Positions 24,812-32,000 of a stretch of 32,000 nucleotides of DNA are shown here, one piece after another. The stretch's first letter is position 1. Each line of letters starts with the position of its first letter. This DNA comes from Staphylothermus hellenicus DSM 12710 (GTDB taxonomy: Archaea > Thermoproteota > Thermoprotei_A > Sulfolobales > Desulfurococcaceae), in assembly GCF_000092465.1 (NCBI RefSeq), contig NC_014205.1, forward strand, positions 480,001-512,000, written 5' to 3'. Below the pieces are notes generated by a model. The model did no database searches and was not told where the DNA came from. It was given only the letters and a program-made list of their open reading frames with translations. The position numbers were made by a program, and so were the translations under genes.

Positions 24812-26107
24812 TTATTGAATCCTATCTCTTGGATATGTTTTACCAATTATGATCCATATTATAAGGCTTATTAACCATAAGGCTTCTATAAGGACTGCAG
24901 AATACATTAATGCTGTTTTCTCCGCTAATCCTGTAGATATATAGTATCCTGTTATTAACCCGTATATGACCGGCCCTATAGCCCATCCACTAGTATTTAA
25001 TATATTGTATAATGAGAAAACTGTTCCTCTATATTCTGGATAGGTGCAGTCGCTAATAACGCTACTAATATTTGGATATGCGAATGTTGTAAACATTAAT
25101 CCCGCTAGTGCAAGGATTACTGGTGGTAACAGGTCTGCAATAGCTGTAGAGCCGTATGGGTAGGGATATATAAACATTCCCAGCATCGCTAGGTAACCTA
25201 TAGCTATGCCAACAACTGATATCTTCACCCTACCATTAATGTCTCCTTTCCTAACTAGGTTATCCGCTAATTTACCTCCTAGAACATGCCCTGTTGCTAT
25301 CGAAAGAGCTGCTATTGCTAATATACCGCTTGCAACAGGTTTGGATAATCCCCATCTCTTCATTATATAGTCCACAGCAAACAATGTTACGAAACCCCAT
25401 GGAATAGACCATGGAATTATTTGGATCATCATGAGCGTTATTGTTTTATTCATAGTTGCACGTAGAGCATCCATAAAACGATATTTCTTCTCAATAGTCT
25501 TCTTCTCAGCAAAACCTATTCTTATACCTCTAGATAGTAAGTATAGTGGAACAGCGAATACTAGAATCATTAATCCAACTAGTAAATAAGCTGTTCTCCA
25601 ATAAAATAGTATTCCACCAATAATCATTCCAACAACGAATCCTAACACGCTTGGCGCATAGTATGCAGCATAACCTAGCCCTCTTTTCTCAGGAGGCATA
25701 ATATCAGGTATGAAAGCATATATTACCGGTCCAATACCAATCTTCGCTATACCGAATATTGTTAGTACGAGTAATAAATAGATATAATTCATAGCAAAGC
25801 CTACCAATGCTAAAGATACCCCCATAGTAATTCCCAGTATAAATAGTAGCCGTGGCCTACCAATCTTATCAGCTAATACTCCCCACACAATTGTTAATGC
25901 AAGACCTACAAATCCTGGAATAGTTTTCAATAAACCAGCATATGTCCTCCACGTTGCAGCGGTTCCAGGTATTATTCCCTCTCGATACATTGGATCAATA
26001 ACTGCTGCTAACATATAGTCTCCGGCAAAATAGCTTAGAACAAGTAATGCTAGAGTTAATAGAATTGTTTTTAAATGTATATTTTTAGTTTCACTCATGT
26101 CAACCAC
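24812..26107 (-). CDS. major facilitator superfamily transporter
   Basis: 431 aa with about 12 hydrophobic helices. It has an MFS-type loop motif GVLADKIGRPRLL between helices 2 and 3. It overlaps the upstream hydrolase gene by 13 nt. Confidence 0.8.
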   Translation of the reverse strand: MVDMSETKNIHLKTILLTLALLVLSYFAGDYMLAAVIDPMYREGIIPGTAATWRTYAGLLKTIPGFVGLALTIVWGVLADKIGRPRLLFILGITMGVSLALVGFAMNYIYLLLVLTIFGIAKIGIGPVIYAFIPDIMPPEKRGLGYAAYYAPSVLGFVVGMIIGGILFYWRTAYLLVGLMILVFAVPLYLLSRGIRIGFAEKKTIEKKYRFMDALRATMNKTITLMMIQIIPWSIPWGFVTLFAVDYIMKRWGLSKPVASGILAIAALSIATGHVLGGKLADNLVRKGDINGRVKISVVGIAIGYLAMLGMFIYPYPYGSTAIADLLPPVILALAGLMFTTFAYPNISSVISDCTYPEYRGTVFSLYNILNTSGWAIGPVIYGLITGYYISTGLAEKTALMYSAVLIEALWLISLIIWIIIGKTYPRDRIQ

Positions 26108-27018
26108 CTCTTAAAGAACCCAACTACTTTCTTCTCATATTCTTCCGGCTTATCAGCAATGCTTCTAACATGTGCTGACTCTGTAATCCATAGTTCAGCG
26201 TTTTCATTATGCTTCTTTAATTCATTATAGAATTTCTTGATCTCCTCTAAGCTTACAAGATCGTCTTTTTCACCAGCAATTATAAGTATTGGTATTTTTA
26301 TTTTGTCAGCATACTTATACATTCTTAGATCATCAATGTTTACATTCATTTTTCTAGACGCTATACTAACTATAAGCGGGTATCCTAGAATTAACAAGTG
26401 TTTCAATAATCCCTTCATCCTATTAATCCATCTCCTACCGGATTCTACAATATCTATGTAGGGGCTATCAGCAACAGCAGCGTTTACGTGATTATCCATT
26501 GCTGACAACATTATAGTTACTGCTCCACCCATAGAATATCCTATAACCCCTATTTTCTCGGATTTATCGGGCTTGTTCTTTTTCAGCCAGTCAATAATTT
26601 TCATGTAATCCCTTACCTCTAAGTATCCTAGAGTAGTTGTTTCTCCCCCGCTTTCACCGTGAGCTCGAAAATCGAATGCTGCAACATTGAATCCGTTCTT
26701 AGCGAGAATATTAATTACTGGTTTCATATAGGTTTCATCCCATTTACTAGAAGTATATCCGTGAATAGCTAGTATTGTAGTATTGCTTCCGCGATCAATA
26801 AACCAGCCCTTCAGTTTTAACCCATCACTTGTTTCAACAACAGCATCCTCATAATCATAGCCGAGATCTTTAGGTGTCCATGAACGCTTATGTCTCGGCG
26901 GCCTAACAAGTTTATTTGCAGCAACAAATGCTAAGCCAATAATTAATAGTGCGAATAAGACTACTAATAGAACAATTATGATGAGAATTATCCCGATCAA
27001 ACCTATCAATTCCAGCAC
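26095..27018 (-). CDS. membrane-anchored alpha/beta hydrolase (esterase/lipase-like)
   Basis: 307 aa. The N-terminal helix is LIGIILIIIVLLVVLFALLIIGLAFV. It has the oxyanion HGYTS, the nucleophile elbow GYSMGG, and a late D..H (GEKDDLV ... SAHV). Confidence 0.75.
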   Translation of the reverse strand: MLELIGLIGIILIIIVLLVVLFALLIIGLAFVAANKLVRPPRHKRSWTPKDLGYDYEDAVVETSDGLKLKGWFIDRGSNTTILAIHGYTSSKWDETYMKPVINILAKNGFNVAAFDFRAHGESGGETTTLGYLEVRDYMKIIDWLKKNKPDKSEKIGVIGYSMGGAVTIMLSAMDNHVNAAVADSPYIDIVESGRRWINRMKGLLKHLLILGYPLIVSIASRKMNVNIDDLRMYKYADKIKIPILIIAGEKDDLVSLEEIKKFYNELKKHNENAELWITESAHVRSIADKPEEYEKKVVGFFKRWLT

Positions 27019-27034
27019 CTAAAATCTTGTCTGG

Positions 27035-27054
27035 AACAATAATTATTTATTGTT
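27035..27054. promoter_or_regulatory. inverted repeat in the divergent hydrolase/GDPD promoter; second copy of the shared glycerol-promoter motif
   Basis: AACAATAA-TTAT-TTATTGTT has 8-nt arms that are perfectly complementary. It lies 17-36 nt upstream of the hydrolase ATG and 49-68 nt upstream of the GDPD TTG. Confidence 0.3.
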
Positions 27055-27102
27055 TCGCCAAATATATAAATAGAAAGTATTTATTGATCGAGGTGTTCAG
27101 AC

Positions 27103-27798
27103 TTGATCATTATAGGTCATCGAGGATATCCAATGAAATATCCTGAAAATACAATTGCTTCATTTCTCGGAGCTCTTCTCTACGGCGCTGACGGTATAGA
27201 GCTTGATGTTTGGCTTAGTGCTGATGGACAAGTTGTAGTAATACATGACCCCGATACTGAGAGAGTATCTAATGTGAAGCTTGTTGTTAAGGAGTCTAGT
27301 TATAGTGATCTTGCAAAAATAGATCTTGGGATGGGTCAGCATATTCCCCTTCTACGTGACGTATTAAAAGCTGTTCCGCGGAGATACATTGTAGCTATTG
27401 AGATAAAAGATATTGATGTAGTTGAAGAAACTGTTAAGATTGTTAATGAAATGAATTGGCATGATAATATAGTATATGTTAGTTTTCTCGATAAAGCATT
27501 AGAGAAGATCAGAGAACTTGATCCTAACGCTAAAATAGGATATAACATTGGCAGTGTAGAGGCGGCAATGAATGCATTTAAACTACATGAAAAACTAAAA
27601 TTGTACTCTATTAATCCCCCTATTCAGGGACTCCAACTATTAGGGTTCGAAAAGTTTAGGGAGTATCTTGTTAATGTGAGGAGAGTTGGTGCAAAAACTG
27701 TGTTATGGACAGTTGATGATCCAGGCTTATTAAAGGGGTTAGAGGAACTTGTTGATGCTGTTATAACTAATAATGTTGAAGCTTTAATAAAGAAATAA
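27103..27798 (+). CDS. glycerophosphodiester phosphodiesterase
   Basis: 231 aa. It has the N-terminal IIGHRGYPMKYPENT and GADGIELDVWLSADGQVVVIHD (GDPD catalytic His/Glu/Asp blocks). The TTG start has GAGGTG 7 nt upstream. Confidence 0.85.
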   Translation: MIIIGHRGYPMKYPENTIASFLGALLYGADGIELDVWLSADGQVVVIHDPDTERVSNVKLVVKESSYSDLAKIDLGMGQHIPLLRDVLKAVPRRYIVAIEIKDIDVVEETVKIVNEMNWHDNIVYVSFLDKALEKIRELDPNAKIGYNIGSVEAAMNAFKLHEKLKLYSINPPIQGLQLLGFEKFREYLVNVRRVGAKTVLWTVDDPGLLKGLEELVDAVITNNVEALIKK

Positions 27799-27819
27799 TA
27801 TTTTTGGTTTCTCTCCAAC

Positions 27820-28212
27820 TCATATTTTTCTACAAGGCCTAGTAGCTACTATGTCTACGTTTAATCCGAGAACATTTCTCACTATAATATCTCCTATTTC
27901 GACAGGTGCGTCGACAACTATGTTTGCTAAGTACTTTGAAACTTCTAATAGTTTATTTTTCGGAATAGGCTTTGATGTTTTAACAGATACTACCGGTAGA
28001 TCTCCTCCCCTACATTTTACAATAGTCATTAAGGTTCTCATAGGCGTTTTCACTTCTTTAACGGCATATTCTTTGCCTCTAGGACATCCGTAGTCTTCGA
28101 CACGTGTTATTTTACCATCTACACTATAGACTTTGATCCGGCATCCTCTAGGACATATAGTACATATAATCTCATCTATTCTAGTATTGCCCATATGGTT
28201 TCGCCTCAACAA
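27820..28212 (-). CDS. DUF1667 domain protein, small subunit associated with archaeal GlpA-type dehydrogenase operons
   Basis: 130 aa. CTICPRGCRIKV...GCPRGKEY is the characteristic Cys pattern of DUF1667. It overlaps the upstream oxidoreductase gene by 32 nt. Confidence 0.75.
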   Translation of the reverse strand: MLRRNHMGNTRIDEIICTICPRGCRIKVYSVDGKITRVEDYGCPRGKEYAVKEVKTPMRTLMTIVKCRGGDLPVVSVKTSKPIPKNKLLEVSKYLANIVVDAPVEIGDIIVRNVLGLNVDIVATRPCRKI

Positions 28213-29443
28213 TTATTTTATTGGTTGTCTTCGAGATTTCTTCTCTCCTAAGCCTTATTCTGAGCATAATTGATGGTAAGGCATGTACCACTGGTATGCT
28301 TTTACCAATTTCTGGAAACATTAATTGAACGTTTTCAAGAGGCTCTGTTACACGAATGTATAGGATAGTATTCTTTTCCCCACCAACATATTGTGGGACA
28401 ATAAGCCTAATATTTTCTCCAGCAACTGCTCTGCGCCATTGTTTTGTCGGTAATCCTTTATATTCAATATGTAAGGCTGTGCTTTCAGCAGCCCATTCTC
28501 CTTGTTCTACTGCGTAGTCTACATAGTCGTTAATTAGTAAAGCATTGCCTGCTACAAATATTCCTGGAACATTCATTGTCTCCAAGTAATCATTAACTAC
28601 TGGCCCATACGTTTTTGGATCAATATCTACACCTATTTCTTTCAACAATTTTACTTTAGGCCTTAGACCAGCAGCAATAATTATAGTATCACACTCTATT
28701 TCTCTCTCAGTTCCAGGTATTGGTTTAAGAGTCTCGTCTACTTTTGAGATAATCGCTCCTGATACCCTTCCATTCTTAGCCTTTATATCTGTAACCATGT
28801 GTTGAAGCATTAATGGTATACTGAAATCTTTTAGGCATTGAACAATGTTTCTGACTAGGCCGCTTGGGTATCTCAGTATTTCTACGACTCCAACAACTTC
28901 TGCTCCTTCGAGAACGAGTCTGCGAGCCATAATTAGGCCTACATCTCCTGATCCTATAATTAATACTTTTTTTCCAGGCATTATACCATACATATCCATC
29001 ATTGTCTGTGCTTCTCCAGCAGTATATATTCCTGCTATATTTGGTCCCGGAATACCTATTTCGTATCTATGGCGTTCACGAGCTCCTGCAGCATATATTA
29101 AAGCTTTACCTTCGAAGACAATGTTTCCATGAGGCGATATAGTTGAGACCTTCTTAGAAACAATGGATTCATTAATTATTTTCTCGACATATGCATTAGT
29201 TATATAGCTTATGCCAAGTTGTTCTACACGGTTAATGAATCTATATATGAATTCTGGCCCTGTAAGGTCCTCGTGGAAATAATGCAGACCAAAACCGGGA
29301 TGAATGCATTGGAGAGGAATACCACCTAACCTATCCCTAGCCTCTATGATGAGGGGGTCATATCCTTTCTCAGCTAATCTAATGGCAGCTGCTAAACCTG
29401 CTGGTCCCCCACCAATTATTAATGCATCATATTCTTTCCTCAC
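28181..29443 (-). CDS. FAD/NAD(P)-dependent pyridine-nucleotide-disulfide-type oxidoreductase (NOX-like partner of GlpA)
   Basis: 420 aa with two Rossmann motifs (IIGGGPAGLAAA and IIGSGDVGLIMARRL). It lies between the glpA-like and DUF1667 genes. Confidence 0.8.
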   Translation of the reverse strand: MRKEYDALIIGGGPAGLAAAIRLAEKGYDPLIIEARDRLGGIPLQCIHPGFGLHYFHEDLTGPEFIYRFINRVEQLGISYITNAYVEKIINESIVSKKVSTISPHGNIVFEGKALIYAAGARERHRYEIGIPGPNIAGIYTAGEAQTMMDMYGIMPGKKVLIIGSGDVGLIMARRLVLEGAEVVGVVEILRYPSGLVRNIVQCLKDFSIPLMLQHMVTDIKAKNGRVSGAIISKVDETLKPIPGTEREIECDTIIIAAGLRPKVKLLKEIGVDIDPKTYGPVVNDYLETMNVPGIFVAGNALLINDYVDYAVEQGEWAAESTALHIEYKGLPTKQWRRAVAGENIRLIVPQYVGGEKNTILYIRVTEPLENVQLMFPEIGKSIPVVHALPSIMLRIRLRREEISKTTNKIIVEAKPYGQY

Positions 29444-29449
29444 AATGGA

Positions 29450-30958
29450 TCACCTCTTCATAAATAATTCCTTGACAAATCCAATACCGTATGTGCTGTT
29501 TCCTCCCTTGAAAGAAACTTTCCAAGGCTCTAAGCCTGTTTCTCTAGAGATTATTAGGGATATTAGGGGTCTACAGAATGTTCCCTGACACCTACCATAC
29601 ATGGAGTGTGTTCTGAACTTGATGCCGTCAAGGGTTATTTCCTTTACTCCTAGTTTTTTCATCCTATTAATTGCCTCTAAGATTTCTGCTTCTGAAACGC
29701 CCATGCATTGGCAAATTATTTTACCATATCTTGGATTCTGTTTTATCAAGTTGTTTCTTTCAATTCTACTTAGACTCTTGATTTTAATGATTCCTCTACG
29801 CATACGTATCCATTTCTTTTTCGGCTTAAGAACTATGTGTTGAGAAATCAGGTTTTTTATATAGTTCGCAATTGCAGGGGCAGCTGTTAAGCCTGGTGAT
29901 CTTATACCTGCTGCTTCAACAAATCCCCATGGTTCTTCATGAAATCTAAGAATATATGATCCATTTGGAGGCTCTGGCCTTATTCCTGCAAATGTTCTAA
30001 TAACCTGATTCATAGGCGGCAGTTTTTCAATTATTTTCTTAGCATTTTCAAGAATATAGCTTATTCCTTCTCTAGTAACAATATTTGCTTCTTTCTCATT
30101 TATGGATAAATCTTCTGCTGTAGGACCTATAAGTAGTGTTTCTTCAATTGTTTTTAATATGTATACTCCTTTTGTTTTGGGTGTTGGTGTTGTATGTATG
30201 ATTTTGTCTGGTTTGGGATGAGCTGTTTTATCAAATAATATGTATTGGCCTCTTCTCGGATGAATAGTATAGTCATTTATGCCTACCATACGAGCTATTT
30301 CATCGGCAAATAGGCCGGCTGTATTAATAACTATGTCTGCTTCGTAAACATTATTGTTTGTAACTACTTCTTTCACTTGTTTATCCCTAGTAACTATATT
30401 AACCACTTTCTCTCCCAGAACAAATCTCACACCATTATCTACGCTGTTCTCAGCTAAGGCTATACATGCTTGGACAGGGTCTATTGAGCCAGCTGATGGA
30501 GCATATAGTCCTGCCACACTATTCTTATTTATACTGGGCTCTAGCTTGAAAAGTTCTTCACCCTCAACAATCCTAACGCCTGGAACACTGTTTCTCCTAG
30601 CTAGTTCGAGATAATGTTTTAATACATGGTATTCTTCCTCATTTGTTGCAACAATTATTTCTCCCGGCCACTTATTCGGTATATCTAGTTCTCGAACCCA
30701 TTCATACCATATATTATGCCCTTCCAGGCAGAGCTTTGTTCTTAAAGGATGCTTATCAGGATCCTCTTCGTGGCATGGATGAATAATTGAAGTATTAGCT
30801 TTACTAACCCCCCATCCAACATCGGGGTTTTTATCAATAACAGTGATTTCTAGGTTTTCGAAACGTGACAGAACCCTTGCAATACTTAACCCTACAATGC
30901 CTGCTCCAATAATTATAACTCTATACACCAAATCTTTACACTCCACTAGGTTTTTCAT
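29450..30958 (-). CDS. glpA: FAD-dependent glycerol-3-phosphate dehydrogenase (GlpA-like) with C-terminal BFD-like [2Fe-2S] domain
   Basis: 502 aa. It has the N-terminal VIIIGAGIVGLSIARVL (DAO-type FAD fold). The C-terminal CQCMGVSEAEILEAI ... GRCQGTFCRP matches the BFD-like Cys pattern. The glpK and GDPD context supports the assignment. Confidence 0.8.
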   Translation of the reverse strand: MKNLVECKDLVYRVIIIGAGIVGLSIARVLSRFENLEITVIDKNPDVGWGVSKANTSIIHPCHEEDPDKHPLRTKLCLEGHNIWYEWVRELDIPNKWPGEIIVATNEEEYHVLKHYLELARRNSVPGVRIVEGEELFKLEPSINKNSVAGLYAPSAGSIDPVQACIALAENSVDNGVRFVLGEKVVNIVTRDKQVKEVVTNNNVYEADIVINTAGLFADEIARMVGINDYTIHPRRGQYILFDKTAHPKPDKIIHTTPTPKTKGVYILKTIEETLLIGPTAEDLSINEKEANIVTREGISYILENAKKIIEKLPPMNQVIRTFAGIRPEPPNGSYILRFHEEPWGFVEAAGIRSPGLTAAPAIANYIKNLISQHIVLKPKKKWIRMRRGIIKIKSLSRIERNNLIKQNPRYGKIICQCMGVSEAEILEAINRMKKLGVKEITLDGIKFRTHSMYGRCQGTFCRPLISLIISRETGLEPWKVSFKGGNSTYGIGFVKELFMKR

Positions 30959-30961
30959 GAA

Positions 30962-30981
30962 GCAATAATTATGTTTTTATT
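30962..30981. promoter_or_regulatory. glpA-proximal copy of the shared glycerol-promoter motif
   Basis: GCAATAATTATGTTTTTATT lies 4-23 nt upstream of the glpA ATG (minus strand). It shares CAATAATTAT with site 27035..27054 and ATTATGTTT with site 23157..23174. Confidence 0.25.
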
Positions 30982-30998
30982 TTGGAAAAAAATTTTAT

Positions 30999-31080
30999 TG
31001 TCGGCCCCGCCGCGCGGACCTGCTCATCCCAACCCCCCATGTGTATGAGGGGTTATTTGCAGGTCCAGAGGCTCGGGGCC
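30999..31080 (-). ncRNA. GC-rich three-segment hairpin with 3' ACA and T-tract; candidate H/ACA-box guide sRNA
   Basis: 53 of the 78 nt in 31003..31080 are G/C (hand count), in an AT-rich intergenic region. Stem 1 pairs 31003..31009 with 31074..31080 (GGCCCCG/CGGGGCC). Stem 2 pairs 31016..31023 with 31059..31066 (GGACCTGC/GCAGGTCC). Stem 3 pairs 31031..31036 with 31049..31054 (AACCCC/GGGGTT). Read on the minus strand, the order is: lower stem, 7+6-nt internal loop, 8-bp upper stem, AUGA next to the upper stem, G, ACA (30999..31001), then T7 (30986..30992). The ACA lies 14 nt from the top of the internal loop. Confidence 0.4.
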
Positions 31081-31194
31081 CCATATAATTAATAATGTAT
31101 ATTGGGTGGATTAGTATTTATTTCATGTTTGATATTTTATTTATGTATAATACGGGAATCGTGACTGAATTGTTTATAGGAGGGGTTATAGTGG

Positions 31195-32000
31195 ATGAGC
31201 CGAGGTAATAATGGTAAATATTATCTACCGAGTAGACAGTACAGAATCGTCGAGGTTCTTTTGAATACTGGGCCGCTCAGTGTTGAAGAACTAGCTAGGG
31301 CTTTGAATGAGAAGCCCGAGAATATAATGAGGGATCTAGCTGAGCTTGAAGCTAAAGGATTGCTCAGAGTAATTCGTAGAATTAAACAAGTACCAGTAAT
31401 TACTGGTGAGGGCCGCGAAGTTCTGATTAAGAGGACGCCGGAGGAGAGAGTTTTTAGGGTAATGTATAGATGTGCTGGTAAGAGTGTCGGGGATTTCCTA
31501 GAATGCGTTGGCAGTGAAGCAGGTATTGATAAGCAAAAGGCTCGAATAGGTTTTCAGTATCTGGTAAGGAATAAATGTTTAAGTGTTATGAATGGAATCG
31601 TTGTTGTCGATGATGAATATGATTGTCATAGAGCTATAGAGGATGCTTCAATTATAAGATCTGCTCTTGAAAAAATAATGCGTGGTGAAACCATAGGGAA
31701 AGACATTGTTAATGTTCTAAAACGTAGACGGATGGTAAGAATCGAGAAAAAGACAATAATAATCGTTGAACCCAGCAAGGTTCTCGAGAAACTATTTAGA
31801 GAAGGATTAATAGCGAGAAGGGAATTATTAACCGTAGTTACCCCTAAGCCGAGGAGTGAATTAGAAAAATATATTATCAAAGAATTCGACTTAACAATTC
31901 CGCCTCCCAAACCAGTTGGTGGAAGACTAAATGCTTATATCGAGTTCCTCGATCTGGTCCGCGACATATTGGTTTCTATGGGTTTTGAAGAAGTTAAAGG
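31195..32000 (+). CDS. pheS: phenylalanine--tRNA ligase alpha subunit, N-terminal part (runs off the window end)
   Basis: Absent from the track because it is truncated. The ATG at 31195 is preceded by AGGAGGGG (31180..31187). Hand translation gives MSRGNNGKYYLPSRQYRIVEVLLNTGPLSVEELARAL... and stays open to base 32000. It ends ...PPPKPVGGRLNAYIEFLDLVRDILVSMGFEEVKG, the conserved entry into the class II catalytic core of archaeal PheS (HP...F...VR.I...MGF.E..G). Confidence 0.8.
   Translation, partial: MSRGNNGKYYLPSRQYRIVEVLLNTGPLSVEELARALNEKPENIMRDLAELEAKGLLRVIRRIKQVPVITGEGREVLIKRTPEERVFRVMYRCAGKSVGDFLECVGSEAGIDKQKARIGFQYLVRNKCLSVMNGIVVVDDEYDCHRAIEDASIIRSALEKIMRGETIGKDIVNVLKRRRMVRIEKKTIIIVEPSKVLEKLFREGLIARRELLTVVTPKPRSELEKYIIKEFDLTIPPPKPVGGRLNAYIEFLDLVRDILVSMGFEEVK

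Noticed and set aside
31003-31080. Terminator interpretation of the hairpin
   Set aside because: Both flanking genes (glpA on the minus strand, pheS on the plus strand) begin here rather than end, so there is no upstream transcript to terminate.
31003-31083. tRNA interpretation of the GC-rich element (7-bp terminal stem, 78 nt, CCA-like bases after it on the + strand)
   Set aside because: There is no T-arm (GTTCRAnnC) and no D-arm. There is no anticodon stem in the expected register on either strand, and positions 8-9 are CC rather than U-purine. The internal pairing instead forms one continuous three-segment hairpin.
31626-31910. 94-aa minus-strand ORF
   Set aside because: It is antisense to the pheS reading frame, which stays open from 31195 to the window end and ends in the conserved PheS core-entry motif.

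Overview
AT-rich, densely coding archaeal chromosome segment. The signals are a 25-nt CRISPR repeat whose reverse complement ends in ATTGAAAG, GGAGGTG-type ribosome-binding boxes, frequent TTG/GTG starts and ATGA-type gene overlaps. Together with the gene content (IOR, WtpABC, a PolB2-type polymerase) they suggest a hyperthermophilic crenarchaeon of the Desulfurococcales type; this assignment is inference only.

Left to right:
- a truncated small gene
- iorAB (indolepyruvate:ferredoxin oxidoreductase)
- an NAD-dependent sugar epimerase
- a 4-gene minus-strand operon of extremely Trp/Tyr/Pro/Gly/Gln-rich small proteins, headed by a NifX/NifB-type (Nitro_FeMo-Co) domain protein and ending in a DUF5320-like coiled-coil protein
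- a MarC-family membrane protein
- a PDCD5-like DNA-binding protein
- an orphan, decaying 5-repeat CRISPR array
- wtpCBA tungstate/molybdate ABC uptake genes, with a ModE-HTH/PBP-fusion regulator and a perfect 24-nt palindrome in the wtpA promoter
- a YgeW-like carbamoyltransferase
- a small membrane protein
- a class-I aminotransferase
- a DUF89 protein
- a frameshifted remnant of an oligopeptide-binding protein
- a 3-gene cassette: Walker-less RecA/RadB-like protein, small helical protein, exonuclease-dead family-B DNA polymerase
- a 5-gene operon of secreted/anchored proteins plus an ABC-2-like exporter
- a glycerol/glycerophosphodiester island: glpK, MFS, anchored alpha/beta hydrolase, GDPD, glpA-like dehydrogenase + FAD oxidoreductase + DUF1667
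- a GC-rich hairpin with ACA box and T-tract (candidate H/ACA sRNA)
- the 5' part of pheS

Best candidates for undescribed biology:
1. the aromatic/proline low-complexity operon at 4205-5708
2. the RecA-like/PolB2 cassette at 16128-18927, a possible archaeal analogue of the bacterial imuA-imuB-dnaE2 logic
3. the unknown surface-protein/ABC operon at 19627-23095

All family assignments come from motif recognition by eye. No database search was run.
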